A stretch of DNA of 44,029 bases from a virus (taxonomy: Duplodnaviria > Caudoviricetes): positions 1 through 44,029 of the IMG/VR virus record IMGVR_UViG_3300033489_000020. One strand, given 5' to 3'. The position numbers and the translations under genes are program-made. How positions within the stretch are numbered: the first letter of the stretch is position 1; each line of letters begins with the position of its first letter. Below the pieces are notes generated by a model. It saw only the letters and a program-made list of their open reading frames with translations, was not told where the DNA came from and searched no databases. This document shows, one piece after another, positions 36,459-44,029 of the stretch.

Positions 36459-37277
36459 ATGAGACAGTTATCAATATTTGAGCCGCAGTTTGACGACCGC
36501 ATCCGACGCGAAGAGAACGCAATGAATGCCAATGAGATGGCAAACTTGTTCTTTGAAATCGCTGGCGTTTCCTCGGACTTATGTATCGACGAAACAGAAA
36601 TAGCACAATGGGACAAAAAACGTTTCGAGCTTCTTGACGCCGACAATTTCGGGCGAGACATGAGTCATCTGATATTTTGTAAAGCGGGCGAGTACAACAT
36701 GCTTATTGCTCGCGTTTTTGCATATTTCATAGTGAGACTGATACACAATCTATGCATTCTTGAGCAAACAAGTCACGCATCTTTTTCCAAGATGTTGGAA
36801 AACATGAATGAATGGATGCTTGGAGGTGGCAACAAGTACGAAGCTGTCATGTGTTGTATTCACCTGGCTAGATGGACTCTACAAGTTGAGCACATTACAT
36901 CTGTGCAGATGTTCGACAACCACAACGTGATAAACAACAATCAAGAATATTCATACTTTCTGCTATGCCCATCTCAGAACACGATTAAGATTGGGAAGAG
37001 CATTAACCCAAAAACAAGAATAGGCAGCATTCAAGCACAATCCCCGGCGGCTGTGTTTTGCATATCTATTTGCAAGACACCTGAAAAAGAACTTCACGCA
37101 GCATTCAAACAATATCGTCGATCAGGATCTGAATGGTTCGAGGCCGATCAATCTATTGTTGCCTACGCGCTCGAACATTGTGTCTATCAGGATGTGCTTG
37201 ATCTCCTCGGCATCGACGTGGTAACAGGCCGACGCCTGCTCGATTCAACCGACGCGATTCGGGGGTGGATGCAATGA
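36459..37277 (+). CDS. Protein with C-terminal T5orf172 / GIY-YIG-like domain
   Basis: YSYFL...IKIGKSINPKTR...EKELHAAF...SEWF; N-terminal QLSIF. Confidence 0.75.
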   Translation: MRQLSIFEPQFDDRIRREENAMNANEMANLFFEIAGVSSDLCIDETEIAQWDKKRFELLDADNFGRDMSHLIFCKAGEYNMLIARVFAYFIVRLIHNLCILEQTSHASFSKMLENMNEWMLGGGNKYEAVMCCIHLARWTLQVEHITSVQMFDNHNVINNNQEYSYFLLCPSQNTIKIGKSINPKTRIGSIQAQSPAAVFCISICKTPEKELHAAFKQYRRSGSEWFEADQSIVAYALEHCVYQDVLDLLGIDVVTGRRLLDSTDAIRGWMQ

Positions 37278-38317
37278 CCGTGCAACTGCATCTCGGCGAT
37301 TGCCTGGAGTTCATGCGCGGCCTGCCGGATGGGTGCGTCGACTGCGTGTTTGTCGATTTGCCATACTTCGAGATTGCTCCTTGCGAATGGGATAAGCAGT
37401 GGGAAAACAGAGACGCTTATCTTGACTGGGTATGTTCGCTTGCAGAGCAGTGGAAGCGTATCACAAAGACAAACAGCAGTGTGTTTGTGTTCTGTGACGA
37501 GAAAACCGAGGCGTATTTGCAGGTAAGACTTGACGCCTACTTTTTGCTGCTTAATAAGATCGTATGGTTCAAACCTAACGCTCTACCGCAGATAAACGCG
37601 CATCTGTTACGCACGTTTGCGCCTATGACCGAGCGTGCGCTTTTCTATGCTTCCTATAATGACCGATGCGAGTGGGATACCACCGGGTGGCAGTCGGTGA
37701 AGCTAGACCCCGACAACTTCAAACCTCTGCGTGATTACTTCCGTGAATATCAAGAGGCTATCGGCCTCAACATCAAACAGATCAACGCCAGGCTAGGCCA
37801 CAGAAAAGCAGAGCACGCTTTCTACTGGGGCACTACGCAGTGGGACTTGCCCACACAGGAAACCTACGATGAACTGGAAAAGCTGCCGTCCAATCACGGA
37901 TTTGTGCGGCGCGAGTATGAAGACCTGCGGCGCGAGTATGAAGACCTGCGGCGCGAGTATGAAGACCTGCGGCGTCCATTCAACGCAGACGGAGAGACGC
38001 TTGACGTTATTAGCTGGCCGATAATCAACAGTAGCGAAAACACAGATCACCCCACAACCAAGCCACTGGGATTATGCAAGCGCATCTTGTCAGTAATCAC
38101 CAAGGATGGAAATACCATTCTTGATTGTTGCATGGGTAGCGGCACCACCGGCGTCGCTGCCGTCCAGCTCGGGCGGAACTTCATCGGCGTGGAAATTGAT
38201 GAAACCTATTTCAAGATCGCAGAGCGGCGTATCCGCGAGGCGGAAGCACAGCCCCCGCTATTCGTGCTCGACACCCCGCGCGCGCAACAGTTGACGCTAG
38301 AGGAGGCGCAATCGTGA
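37274..38317 (+). CDS. N6-A/N4-C DNA methyltransferase (beta class)
   Basis: GDCLE, DLPY, HPTTKP, DCCMGSGTTG. Confidence 0.92.
   Translation: MTVQLHLGDCLEFMRGLPDGCVDCVFVDLPYFEIAPCEWDKQWENRDAYLDWVCSLAEQWKRITKTNSSVFVFCDEKTEAYLQVRLDAYFLLLNKIVWFKPNALPQINAHLLRTFAPMTERALFYASYNDRCEWDTTGWQSVKLDPDNFKPLRDYFREYQEAIGLNIKQINARLGHRKAEHAFYWGTTQWDLPTQETYDELEKLPSNHGFVRREYEDLRREYEDLRREYEDLRRPFNADGETLDVISWPIINSSENTDHPTTKPLGLCKRILSVITKDGNTILDCCMGSGTTGVAAVQLGRNFIGVEIDETYFKIAERRIREAEAQPPLFVLDTPRAQQLTLEEAQS
37905..37974 (+). repeat. 21-bp tandem repeat (3.3 copies) encoding LRREYED
   Basis: TGCGGCGCGAGTATGAAGACC three times plus TGCGGCG. Confidence 0.95.
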
Positions 38318-38655
38318 AACAAGTACAAGCATACAGGTGTGGTAGTTGCCAAAAGCTATACACCAGCGAGGCGGAAGTTATAGAGTGCGAAACCATGCAC
38401 AAAGGCGTTTTGGAGTCTCACGAACGCTGGCGCAAGGATGCCGATCTGTACAGACATGAGGCGCTGGAGGTAGCGCGCACCAGCAAGGCTATGCGTGTGC
38501 TGGTTGTGGCTAACGAAATGGACGCCGCGCGATGGGTTGCGGATAAGTTGTACTGGAAAGAGATCGGATGGGATGCCAATAGCTCGTGGTGGACAGAAGC
38601 CACACTTGACGAGATGGTAGACGCCGCGCTTGCAGTTAAGGAGCCAGCAGCATGA
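38314..38655 (+). CDS. Hypothetical protein with N-terminal CxxC...C..H
   Basis: GGAGG RBS; GTGA coupling. Confidence 0.65.
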   Translation: MKQVQAYRCGSCQKLYTSEAEVIECETMHKGVLESHERWRKDADLYRHEALEVARTSKAMRVLVVANEMDAARWVADKLYWKEIGWDANSSWWTEATLDEMVDAALAVKEPAA

Positions 38656-38819
38656 TCATTATCATCGACCGAACCGATCCGGACGTGCGTATCGTGCTAA
38701 AGGGCAAGTTTTCGGAGGACGACGCCGACGCGCTGTAACGCACATTCCCGGAGCTGCGGCGGATCACAGTTAAGCAGACCGATAAGAACCAACTGAAGTT
38801 GTTTGCGGAGGAGGAATAA
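38652..38819 (+). pseudogene. Paralog of 1084-1281 interrupted by in-frame TAA at 38736-38738
   Basis: MIIIIDRTDPDVRIVLKGKFSEDDADAL*RTFPELR...QLKLF versus MTIVLVDPRDPTVRIVLDGQFAEYDADVLLRTFPWLR. Confidence 0.75.
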
Positions 38820-39052
38820 TGGGCGTAAAAACAATCTACCTATTCAGCCCGGAGATGCTGATCGTCGGGCGCGAGACGCGCGGATTGTCGGCTGACGATC
38901 TGGCCGACGAGGTTTGCATAGCGCCAGACATGCAAGCAGACATCGAGGCGGGAATATCTATCCCGTCGCACTGGCTGGTTAGTAGATACTCGGATATCCT
39001 GCGATGCCCAGTACCGTTATTTTATCGCTCCAACAAGACCGGAGGCGAATAA
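38819..39052 (+). CDS. XRE-family HTH protein
   Basis: RETRGLS..DLA......ADIEAG...P; GGAGG RBS. Confidence 0.75.
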   Translation: MGVKTIYLFSPEMLIVGRETRGLSADDLADEVCIAPDMQADIEAGISIPSHWLVSRYSDILRCPVPLFYRSNKTGGE

Positions 39053-39186
39053 TGAAGACACAGAGAGCGCCTGGCATTGGCCACGGTAAGCAGCGCAAAG
39101 GCAAGCATGGCGGGCCGAAAGCGTATCGGCGCGATAAGCGGATCCGCAAGGCAGCAGAGCACAGCCGGAGGCGTAATAGGCGATGA
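39052..39186 (+). CDS. Small very basic protein
   Basis: GGAGG RBS; TAATG coupling. Confidence 0.5.
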   Translation: MKTQRAPGIGHGKQRKGKHGGPKAYRRDKRIRKAAEHSRRRNRR

Positions 39187-39280
39187 TGGGCGTCCCGTCG
39201 CGCGCGATGCGACGTTTGATTGCTGCAACGTGCTTTGCCAGATTACACGGTGATCAACAATCCGGCATCTTAACAATCAT

Positions 39281-39348
39281 TGCGGGGCGGCCGGTGCCGA
39301 CCTGGGCCCCATAAGCCCGGAGAGAGAGATCGACACTCTCCCCCGCTA
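39281..39348 (+). tRNA. Atypical tRNA-like element, anticodon CAT (Met/Ile2), shrunken D arm
   Basis: GCGGGG/CCCCGC acceptor; TGGGC-CCCATAA-GCCCG anticodon arm; GAGAG-ATCGACA-CTCTC T arm; no encoded CCA. Confidence 0.55.
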
Positions 39349-39699
39349 TAGGGCAGGTTCGATTCCTGCTCGTTGGCTGAGTGCTGGTGCGAAGGGAGCC
39401 AGGATCGTTACCTGGTGATATGTGTCACGGCCTATATGCGGTGACTAACTCAGGGAGACACAGCCCCGGAACCCCACCGGTTACTTGGGGAACATCGGAG
39501 GTGGCAGTGCCCGGCGCGATACATGAAGCGCAGCCGTGCAACTCGGCGCCTCTGTCTACCGGGTGGCGTTACTCCCGGATGCCAGTAACGCACTATCGAG
39601 GCAGTCCGATAGCTTATCACAAATTTGGATCTAAGAGCGATAGCATTTGGAGAGTGTCGGGGTGGCGACTGCCCCACCCCACAAGTATAGGAGGATATT

Positions 39700-40263
39700 A
39701 TGGCTAAACTATACATCTCATCAAAAGAAGACAAAGCCAAGGCACAGCGCCTCGAGGCGGCAATCGACAATGGCGATCTCCCGAGGCCGCCAGCTGGTAC
39801 GCAATCTCGCAACGTGTGCGAGATATGCCATGCGGCGACAGTCCTGCGCTATTACATCCGGGCGCACGGCTGGTGCTGTGGTGCGTGCTTTGACGATTAC
39901 CGCATTGCGCCTGGATGGTGCAACACACGCGCAGACCAGGTGCATCGCGGGCGCTTCCACATTGTTCCGCAGTGCGTTATTGATGCGGAATCCGCCAGCA
40001 ATACACCCGTGGTTGATCGTGATGTCCAACTTGTGCACCAATCACATGGCGATGAGTTAGTACAGCGCGCAGTCGAAAATCTTGGCAAACAACAGGACGC
40101 ACGACACGCGGCTGAAGCATTGTCGCAATCATGGGTTGGGAAACAGGTAGCCAGTATAAAGGCACATCGCGAAGTGGAAAGCCTAGCATCAGAGCAACGC
40201 TGGCACGCAGCACGAAGGGCTGGAGAAGCGAGACGTGGTGCCGCGATATCGAGGTTGCCATGA
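39700..40263 (+). CDS. Hypothetical protein with CxxC...CxxC
   Basis: AGGAGG RBS. Confidence 0.65.
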   Translation: MAKLYISSKEDKAKAQRLEAAIDNGDLPRPPAGTQSRNVCEICHAATVLRYYIRAHGWCCGACFDDYRIAPGWCNTRADQVHRGRFHIVPQCVIDAESASNTPVVDRDVQLVHQSHGDELVQRAVENLGKQQDARHAAEALSQSWVGKQVASIKAHREVESLASEQRWHAARRAGEARRGAAISRLP

Positions 40264-40478
40264 GCGACTACTATGACCTTGACAAAGTGCTTCAGCGCCA
40301 TCACGAACTGATCGTCTGCGTGCGTGGGCGCGAGTTTAAGTTGTGGCGTGTAGCGCCCAACGCATTTGTCTGTCGTATCGATTACGAGAGTAAACGATAC
40401 ACAAATTGCACGTTCGATGAGATTAAGGCTGATCTTGAAAATTATCGGCCGGGAGGTTGGGTGCCATGCCAGAAGTGA
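40260..40478 (+). CDS. Hypothetical protein
   Basis: GAGG RBS; ATGA coupling. Confidence 0.6.
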   Translation: MSDYYDLDKVLQRHHELIVCVRGREFKLWRVAPNAFVCRIDYESKRYTNCTFDEIKADLENYRPGGWVPCQK

Positions 40479-40675
40479 CTATCACAGCCGAGTGGACTCC
40501 AGACCAGCACCGCGAGGAATACTTTCGCCTATTCTTTGCACTACTTGAGGCACAGAAGTACATATGCCTCGTAGTATGCAGCAAGCTGGGTGATAATCAC
40601 TCGCTGGCTTGCATGTACGCAGACAAAGCACTGATTGACGCCGACGCTGTGCTCGATGGGTGGGAAGTGACATAG
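40466..40675 (+). CDS. Hypothetical protein
   Basis: GGAGG upstream; overlaps previous gene. Confidence 0.55.
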   Translation: MPEVTITAEWTPDQHREEYFRLFFALLEAQKYICLVVCSKLGDNHSLACMYADKALIDADAVLDGWEVT

Positions 40676-40757
40676 ATCCGAGGAACTTATGGTAATTACT
40701 ATAATTAGGAATGTGTTGACAATGATCGTAAATAGGATAGCACAACCATCAAGCGAT

Positions 40758-40943
40758 ATGTACACAATACCGGAAGCCGCCAAGTTGATGGGCATCACTC
40801 GCCAGCGATTGCACCTCCTGGTGCAGCATGGACGAGTCAGGGCATATCGAATTGGAAGAGTTTGGATGATCCCATGTGACGCAATAGGTCACATACTCCC
40901 CGCTGGCCGCCCCGCTGGCCGCCCCAGGAAACACAAAAGGTAG
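40758..40943 (+). CDS. HTH_17 / excisionase-like DNA-binding protein with GRP (AT-hook-like) tail
   Basis: YTIPEAAKLMGITRQRL..LV..GRV.AYRIGRVWMI...GRPAGRPRK; start uncertain. Confidence 0.8.
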   Translation: MYTIPEAAKLMGITRQRLHLLVQHGRVRAYRIGRVWMIPCDAIGHILPAGRPAGRPRKHKR

Positions 40944-40965
40944 GGTAAATACCCATAAAAACCTA

Positions 40966-40994
40966 TTGACGTGGCCAGCGTTGTGTGCTATTAT
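40966..40994 (+). promoter_or_regulatory. Sigma70 promoter TTGACG-N17-TATTAT with extended -10
   Basis: Consensus and spacing read directly. Confidence 0.75.
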
Positions 40995-41051
40995 AGTAGT
41001 GTAATCACAAAACGCTATACGGAAGGCTTACTGGTATCAATAGGAGACAAA

Positions 41052-41351
41052 ATGTTAGCAAATACACTGGGGAATGATAACTGGGCAGTCGAGAGCAGGA
41101 GCAAGTTGCGCGAGGGGTTGAGATCCAGGACAAATGTAGACTACGGTGGGTTGAAGGTGTATCGCGTATACGAAAACATCATCCTAAGCGATGGCGCTTT
41201 CTGCGAGTTTCCTGTCTCATTTAAGCATGAGGCTGAGGCGGTAATGGAATTCCAGAGGATCACATCCGGCTTGGATCGCGGTTGCACCATTAACGAATTG
41301 ATGCCTGGCGTCGATCTGCCGGTTGAGATCGCGACAGCTTGGGTGAATTGA
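41052..41351 (+). CDS. Hypothetical protein
   Basis: TAGGAG RBS; first gene after the promoter. Confidence 0.65.
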   Translation: MLANTLGNDNWAVESRSKLREGLRSRTNVDYGGLKVYRVYENIILSDGAFCEFPVSFKHEAEAVMEFQRITSGLDRGCTINELMPGVDLPVEIATAWVN

Positions 41352-41358
41352 GAGAGCT

Positions 41359-41532
41359 ATGAACAAACGACCGTACTTCATCGAAGACAAGCATCTGTTG
41401 ACCCTTGATTTCTTCAAGGCCAGCGGGAAGTTGAACAACGGTAACGCGATTACTGAGTTACAGAAGGCGTATCAGGGCATGAGCCAGCGGGTTGCTATGG
41501 CGATAGTGGCGTACTGGCTGACAAAGAGGTGA
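41359..41532 (+). CDS. Small hypothetical protein, not in ORF track
   Basis: Manual translation MNKRPYFIEDKH...AYWLTKR; fills the gap and is coupled to the next gene. Confidence 0.5.
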   Translation: MNKRPYFIEDKHLLTLDFFKASGKLNNGNAITELQKAYQGMSQRVAMAIVAYWLTKR

Positions 41533-41744
41533 TAACAGTGAACACGTGCCCTAATTGCGAGCACACCCTGGTTAACGATGGAGAACAACCAAACGTGGTT
41601 AGCGGCACCATGAGCACGTTAGGAAGCTGCGTAAATCCAAGTTGTGATAGCTTCGATAGCACCTTTTCGTTTGGAGAGCGGGCTATGACCAGGACGGAGT
41701 TGGACAAATACGCAGAGTTACGCGCAAGACTGGGAATTGCATGA
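41529..41744 (+). CDS. Small Zn-ribbon protein
   Basis: CPNC...CVNPSC. Confidence 0.55.
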   Translation: MITVNTCPNCEHTLVNDGEQPNVVSGTMSTLGSCVNPSCDSFDSTFSFGERAMTRTELDKYAELRARLGIA

Positions 41745-42006
41745 GCAGGTGCAGCCACATCAACACGCGGTGATGTGGCTGCATGTGCCCATGACGGGCA
41801 GATCGCAAGACCTACTATCTGGAGGCCAAATGTGCAAGGAAGCGCGGAGATTTGTGATTTGGGCTGGTGGGTATGTAGAGACGACCCGCAACCTGAGAGA
41901 CGCACTACGTAGATCGCGGATTGATGGCGGGTTGGCGGTAGAAGACGAAGGGCCACGCGGCAAGAAGCGCATGGCGGCCAGCGGTGAAGATGTTAGTAGA
42001 CGGTAG
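41737..42006 (+). CDS. Hypothetical protein
   Basis: ORF fills the operon; start uncertain. Confidence 0.4.
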   Translation: MHEQVQPHQHAVMWLHVPMTGRSQDLLSGGQMCKEARRFVIWAGGYVETTRNLRDALRRSRIDGGLAVEDEGPRGKKRMAASGEDVSRR

Positions 42007-42014
42007 CATGAAGC

Positions 42015-42080
42015 GGGGCCGTGACCGGGATCGACGCCAGATGTTATAGGCGGACGCGGGATCAACACCCGCCGGCTCCA
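42015..42080 (+). ncRNA. Mini-tmRNA: tRNA-like domain only
   Basis: GGGGCCG/CGGCTCC-A acceptor with G3.U70; stemless D-loop ending TCGA; CGCC/GGCG short P2; GAC linker; GCGGG-ATCAACA-CCCGC T arm. Confidence 0.75.
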
Positions 42081-42112
42081 TCGAGCAATGACGGCACAAG
42101 ATCGGAGAGATA

Positions 42113-42362
42113 CATGGTTGAGATGAAAAGAGGGCCACACCTAAGTAAGTGCGGATGGGCATGGGAGGATTACAGTCCAGCCGTTGGATATGAATTTATT
42201 TGCGACAATCCATCCTTTCACCCTAAAGATACCGTTACCTGTGACGAATGCCAGCTAGGAACATGGGCAAAGGATAGCGAAATTAAACAGTGTAAAATGT
42301 GTGGCTATTGGGCTCACATATTGGGCGAACATGACGTTTGTGATTTTTGTATAGAGGAGTGA
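42113..42362 (+). CDS. Cys-rich hypothetical protein (start approximate)
   Basis: Multiple CxxC; GGAG upstream of MVEMKR. Confidence 0.45.
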
Positions 42363-42365
42363 GAC

Positions 42366-42587
42366 ATGAACTATCCAATCGTAGATCGGACTTACCAAGA
42401 AGATCCACAGGAGTGCCCTGACTGTCTAACAAGGCACCACAGCTTGTACACAATTGGTGACAACCAGGTTGGGCGCTGCTTCGTATGCATGGTTTTGGCG
42501 TGGCACCATCTGCGTGCTTTGTGGGTACAGGAAACCAGGAATGACGCTGAAGACAACCTACCAGCGCGTATTCAAGCAGAGATGTAA
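42366..42587 (+). CDS. Small CxxC...CxxC protein
   Basis: AGGAG RBS. Confidence 0.55.
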   Translation: MNYPIVDRTYQEDPQECPDCLTRHHSLYTIGDNQVGRCFVCMVLAWHHLRALWVQETRNDAEDNLPARIQAEM

Positions 42588-42600
42588 GAGAGAGAGACAT

Positions 42601-43449
42601 ATGGAACACAGTGAATCAATAGCCAACTTAGCAGCAGCCCTATCGCAATTCCAGGCCAGCGTGCCCAGCGTGCCATTCGATGGTACTAACGCATTCCTCA
42701 AGAATCGCTACGCCACACTCAAGGCGATGATCGAAACCGCGCGACCGGTACTGGCTGATAATGGCCTGTCAGTCTCGCAGATCGTTGTGAGTTACGATGG
42801 CCAGATCGGCGTAGAGACTGTGCTTATGCACTCATCCGGAGAGTGGATCAGCAATACCGCGATCCTGCCCGCCAATGATGAGAAAGGCAAGAGTGCGGCA
42901 CAGGTAGCAGGAAGCATGATCACCTATCTGCGCCGATACAGCTATGCCTCCATTTTAGGCCTGTACGCGGACGAGGACACTGACGGAAACGGGTCTCAGC
43001 AAAACGCCAAACAGACGGCACCTAAGCCGCCACAGGGCAATCAGCAAGCGACTGCTCCACAGCGACCGTATACGCCAGAGCGTTTGCGCGCCGGAATTGC
43101 CAAGCGACTTGCCGGTAAACCGCAGGACGGTGTGACGGAAGACGCCGCGCGCAAGCTGGCGATCAACTGGAAAAACATTACCGGGCAAGACAAGGCCGTC
43201 AGGCACAATGCCTGTGTGAGCATCATCGACCGCACGGTTGACAGCTTCAAGAACCTGACCATCTCGGAGGTTGAGGCGCTGACTGACTGGCTAAACGGTA
43301 ATCCGCCCATGGCGCGCGAAGAGGCGAAAATGGTGGCGGAGGAGTTGGTTGCCATCGAGGCTGAGCGCAGGAACAGCGGCACGCTGGGAGAATACTTTGA
43401 CAACGATCAGAGCAGCGCAGACGCCATCGCCGCGATCCAGGGGGCGTGA
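42601..43449 (+). CDS. erf: ERF-family single-strand annealing protein
   Basis: NAFLKNRYATL, HSSGEW, GSMITYLRRYSYASILGL..DEDTDGN. Confidence 0.92.
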   Translation: MEHSESIANLAAALSQFQASVPSVPFDGTNAFLKNRYATLKAMIETARPVLADNGLSVSQIVVSYDGQIGVETVLMHSSGEWISNTAILPANDEKGKSAAQVAGSMITYLRRYSYASILGLYADEDTDGNGSQQNAKQTAPKPPQGNQQATAPQRPYTPERLRAGIAKRLAGKPQDGVTEDAARKLAINWKNITGQDKAVRHNACVSIIDRTVDSFKNLTISEVEALTDWLNGNPPMAREEAKMVAEELVAIEAERRNSGTLGEYFDNDQSSADAIAAIQGA

Positions 43450-43928
43450 TGGATAAGGACTTCTCCGACTTTGTTGACGAAGGTCGCGAGCTGATGCAGG
43501 CGAGGGATCGTAATAGCTGGCTCTTGGGCGATCTGGCTTGTGAGTTTGAGATCGAAATAGGAAGGCCATCTGATGCCGACGCCCCAACCTTGGGAGACCT
43601 GGCGCGTGAATGGGACGCCAGTACACAGCGCGTGAGTGAGTGGCGGAATTGCAGTGCCTTTTATCCTACGGACGCGCGTAGATTTGATCTCACGTGGACA
43701 CACTACAACCGGGCGCGGCGTGCGGCTGATGGTGAGATTGACAATGCGCTGGAGCTGCTGGAGATGGCTGTTAGGTTACACATGGGCACGCGGGCATTCG
43801 AGCGATACATCAAGGGCATCTACTTTGAGGGCCCCGTCAAGATTGGCGAGTTGGCGGTAGGCCTCCAGGCGATGATACCCGGAGGAGTCAAAGATGTGTG
43901 GTTGGTTGTAAAGAGGAACGAGGTATGA
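43446..43928 (+). CDS. Hypothetical DNA-binding protein, allele B of 124-606
   Basis: Same length (160 aa); near-identical protein. Confidence 0.6.
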   Translation: MMDKDFSDFVDEGRELMQARDRNSWLLGDLACEFEIEIGRPSDADAPTLGDLAREWDASTQRVSEWRNCSAFYPTDARRFDLTWTHYNRARRAADGEIDNALELLEMAVRLHMGTRAFERYIKGIYFEGPVKIGELAVGLQAMIPGGVKDVWLVVKRNEV

Positions 43929-44029
43929 ACTCATACGCACACAAGGTTGACAACAACCAGAAACAGATCGTGGATGAGTTGCGCGCGCTTGGCTACACAG
44001 TTGCCAACCTGTCGCGCGCTGGGGCGGGT
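43925..44029 (+). CDS. VRR-NUC nuclease, partial second copy cut by the window end
   Basis: MNSYAHKVDNNQKQIVDELRALGYTVANLSRAGAG. Confidence 0.8.
   Translation, partial: MNSYAHKVDNNQKQIVDELRALGYTVANLSRAGAG

Larger units (their letters stand above)
43323..44029. repeat. Right copy of imperfect terminal direct repeat
   Basis: Colinear with 1-707. Confidence 0.95.

Noticed and set aside
38736-38738. Stop-codon reassignment in this phage
   Set aside because: All long genes read through with the standard code, and TAA, TAG and TGA all terminate genes normally.
39381-39707. 108-aa plus-strand ORF in the tRNA-like tract
   Set aside because: No RBS, atypical composition, and overlaps multiple RNA stems.
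42015-42080. Ordinary tRNA-Ala, permuted two-piece tmRNA, or simple attP
   Set aside because: No D stem or 7-nt anticodon loop; 5' and 3' halves are in unpermuted order; no integrase in the genome. An att remnant is not fully excluded.
42021-42112. 5' extension of ORF 42021-42362
   Set aside because: Overlaps the tmRNA-like element; a better RBS and ATG lie near 42113.

Overview
The window looks like one complete tailed-phage (siphovirus-like) genome with a unit length of about 43.3 kb. Positions 1-707 recur at 43323-44029 as a diverged direct repeat. The modules are: (i) replication, recombination and modification genes (ERF annealase, VRR-NUC, initiator with internal iterons, DnaB, three DNA methyltransferases, a metallophosphoesterase and many small Zn-binding ORFs); (ii) packaging and head genes in an unusual order, with a fused protease-capsid gene before the portal and a sulfotransferase and a glycosyltransferase embedded among virion genes; (iii) a short non-contractile tail with a -1 frameshift chaperone, then a non-canonical lysis module; (iv) a divergent early region. 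No integrase is recognisable. A Chloroflexota-like host is a weak inference from the Thr/Pro-rich SH3b lipoprotein and the GH-SH3b protein. The most striking unexplained features are four abutting single-gene cassettes, each enclosed by its own inverted-repeat pair (34.65-36.1 kb); a 66-nt tmRNA tRNA-like domain with no mRNA part (42015-42080); a C5 methyltransferase whose second subunit is nested in the +1 frame; and two promoter-proximal leaders that share a long pseudoknot/switch architecture. All calls come from reading the sequence by eye; no searches were run.
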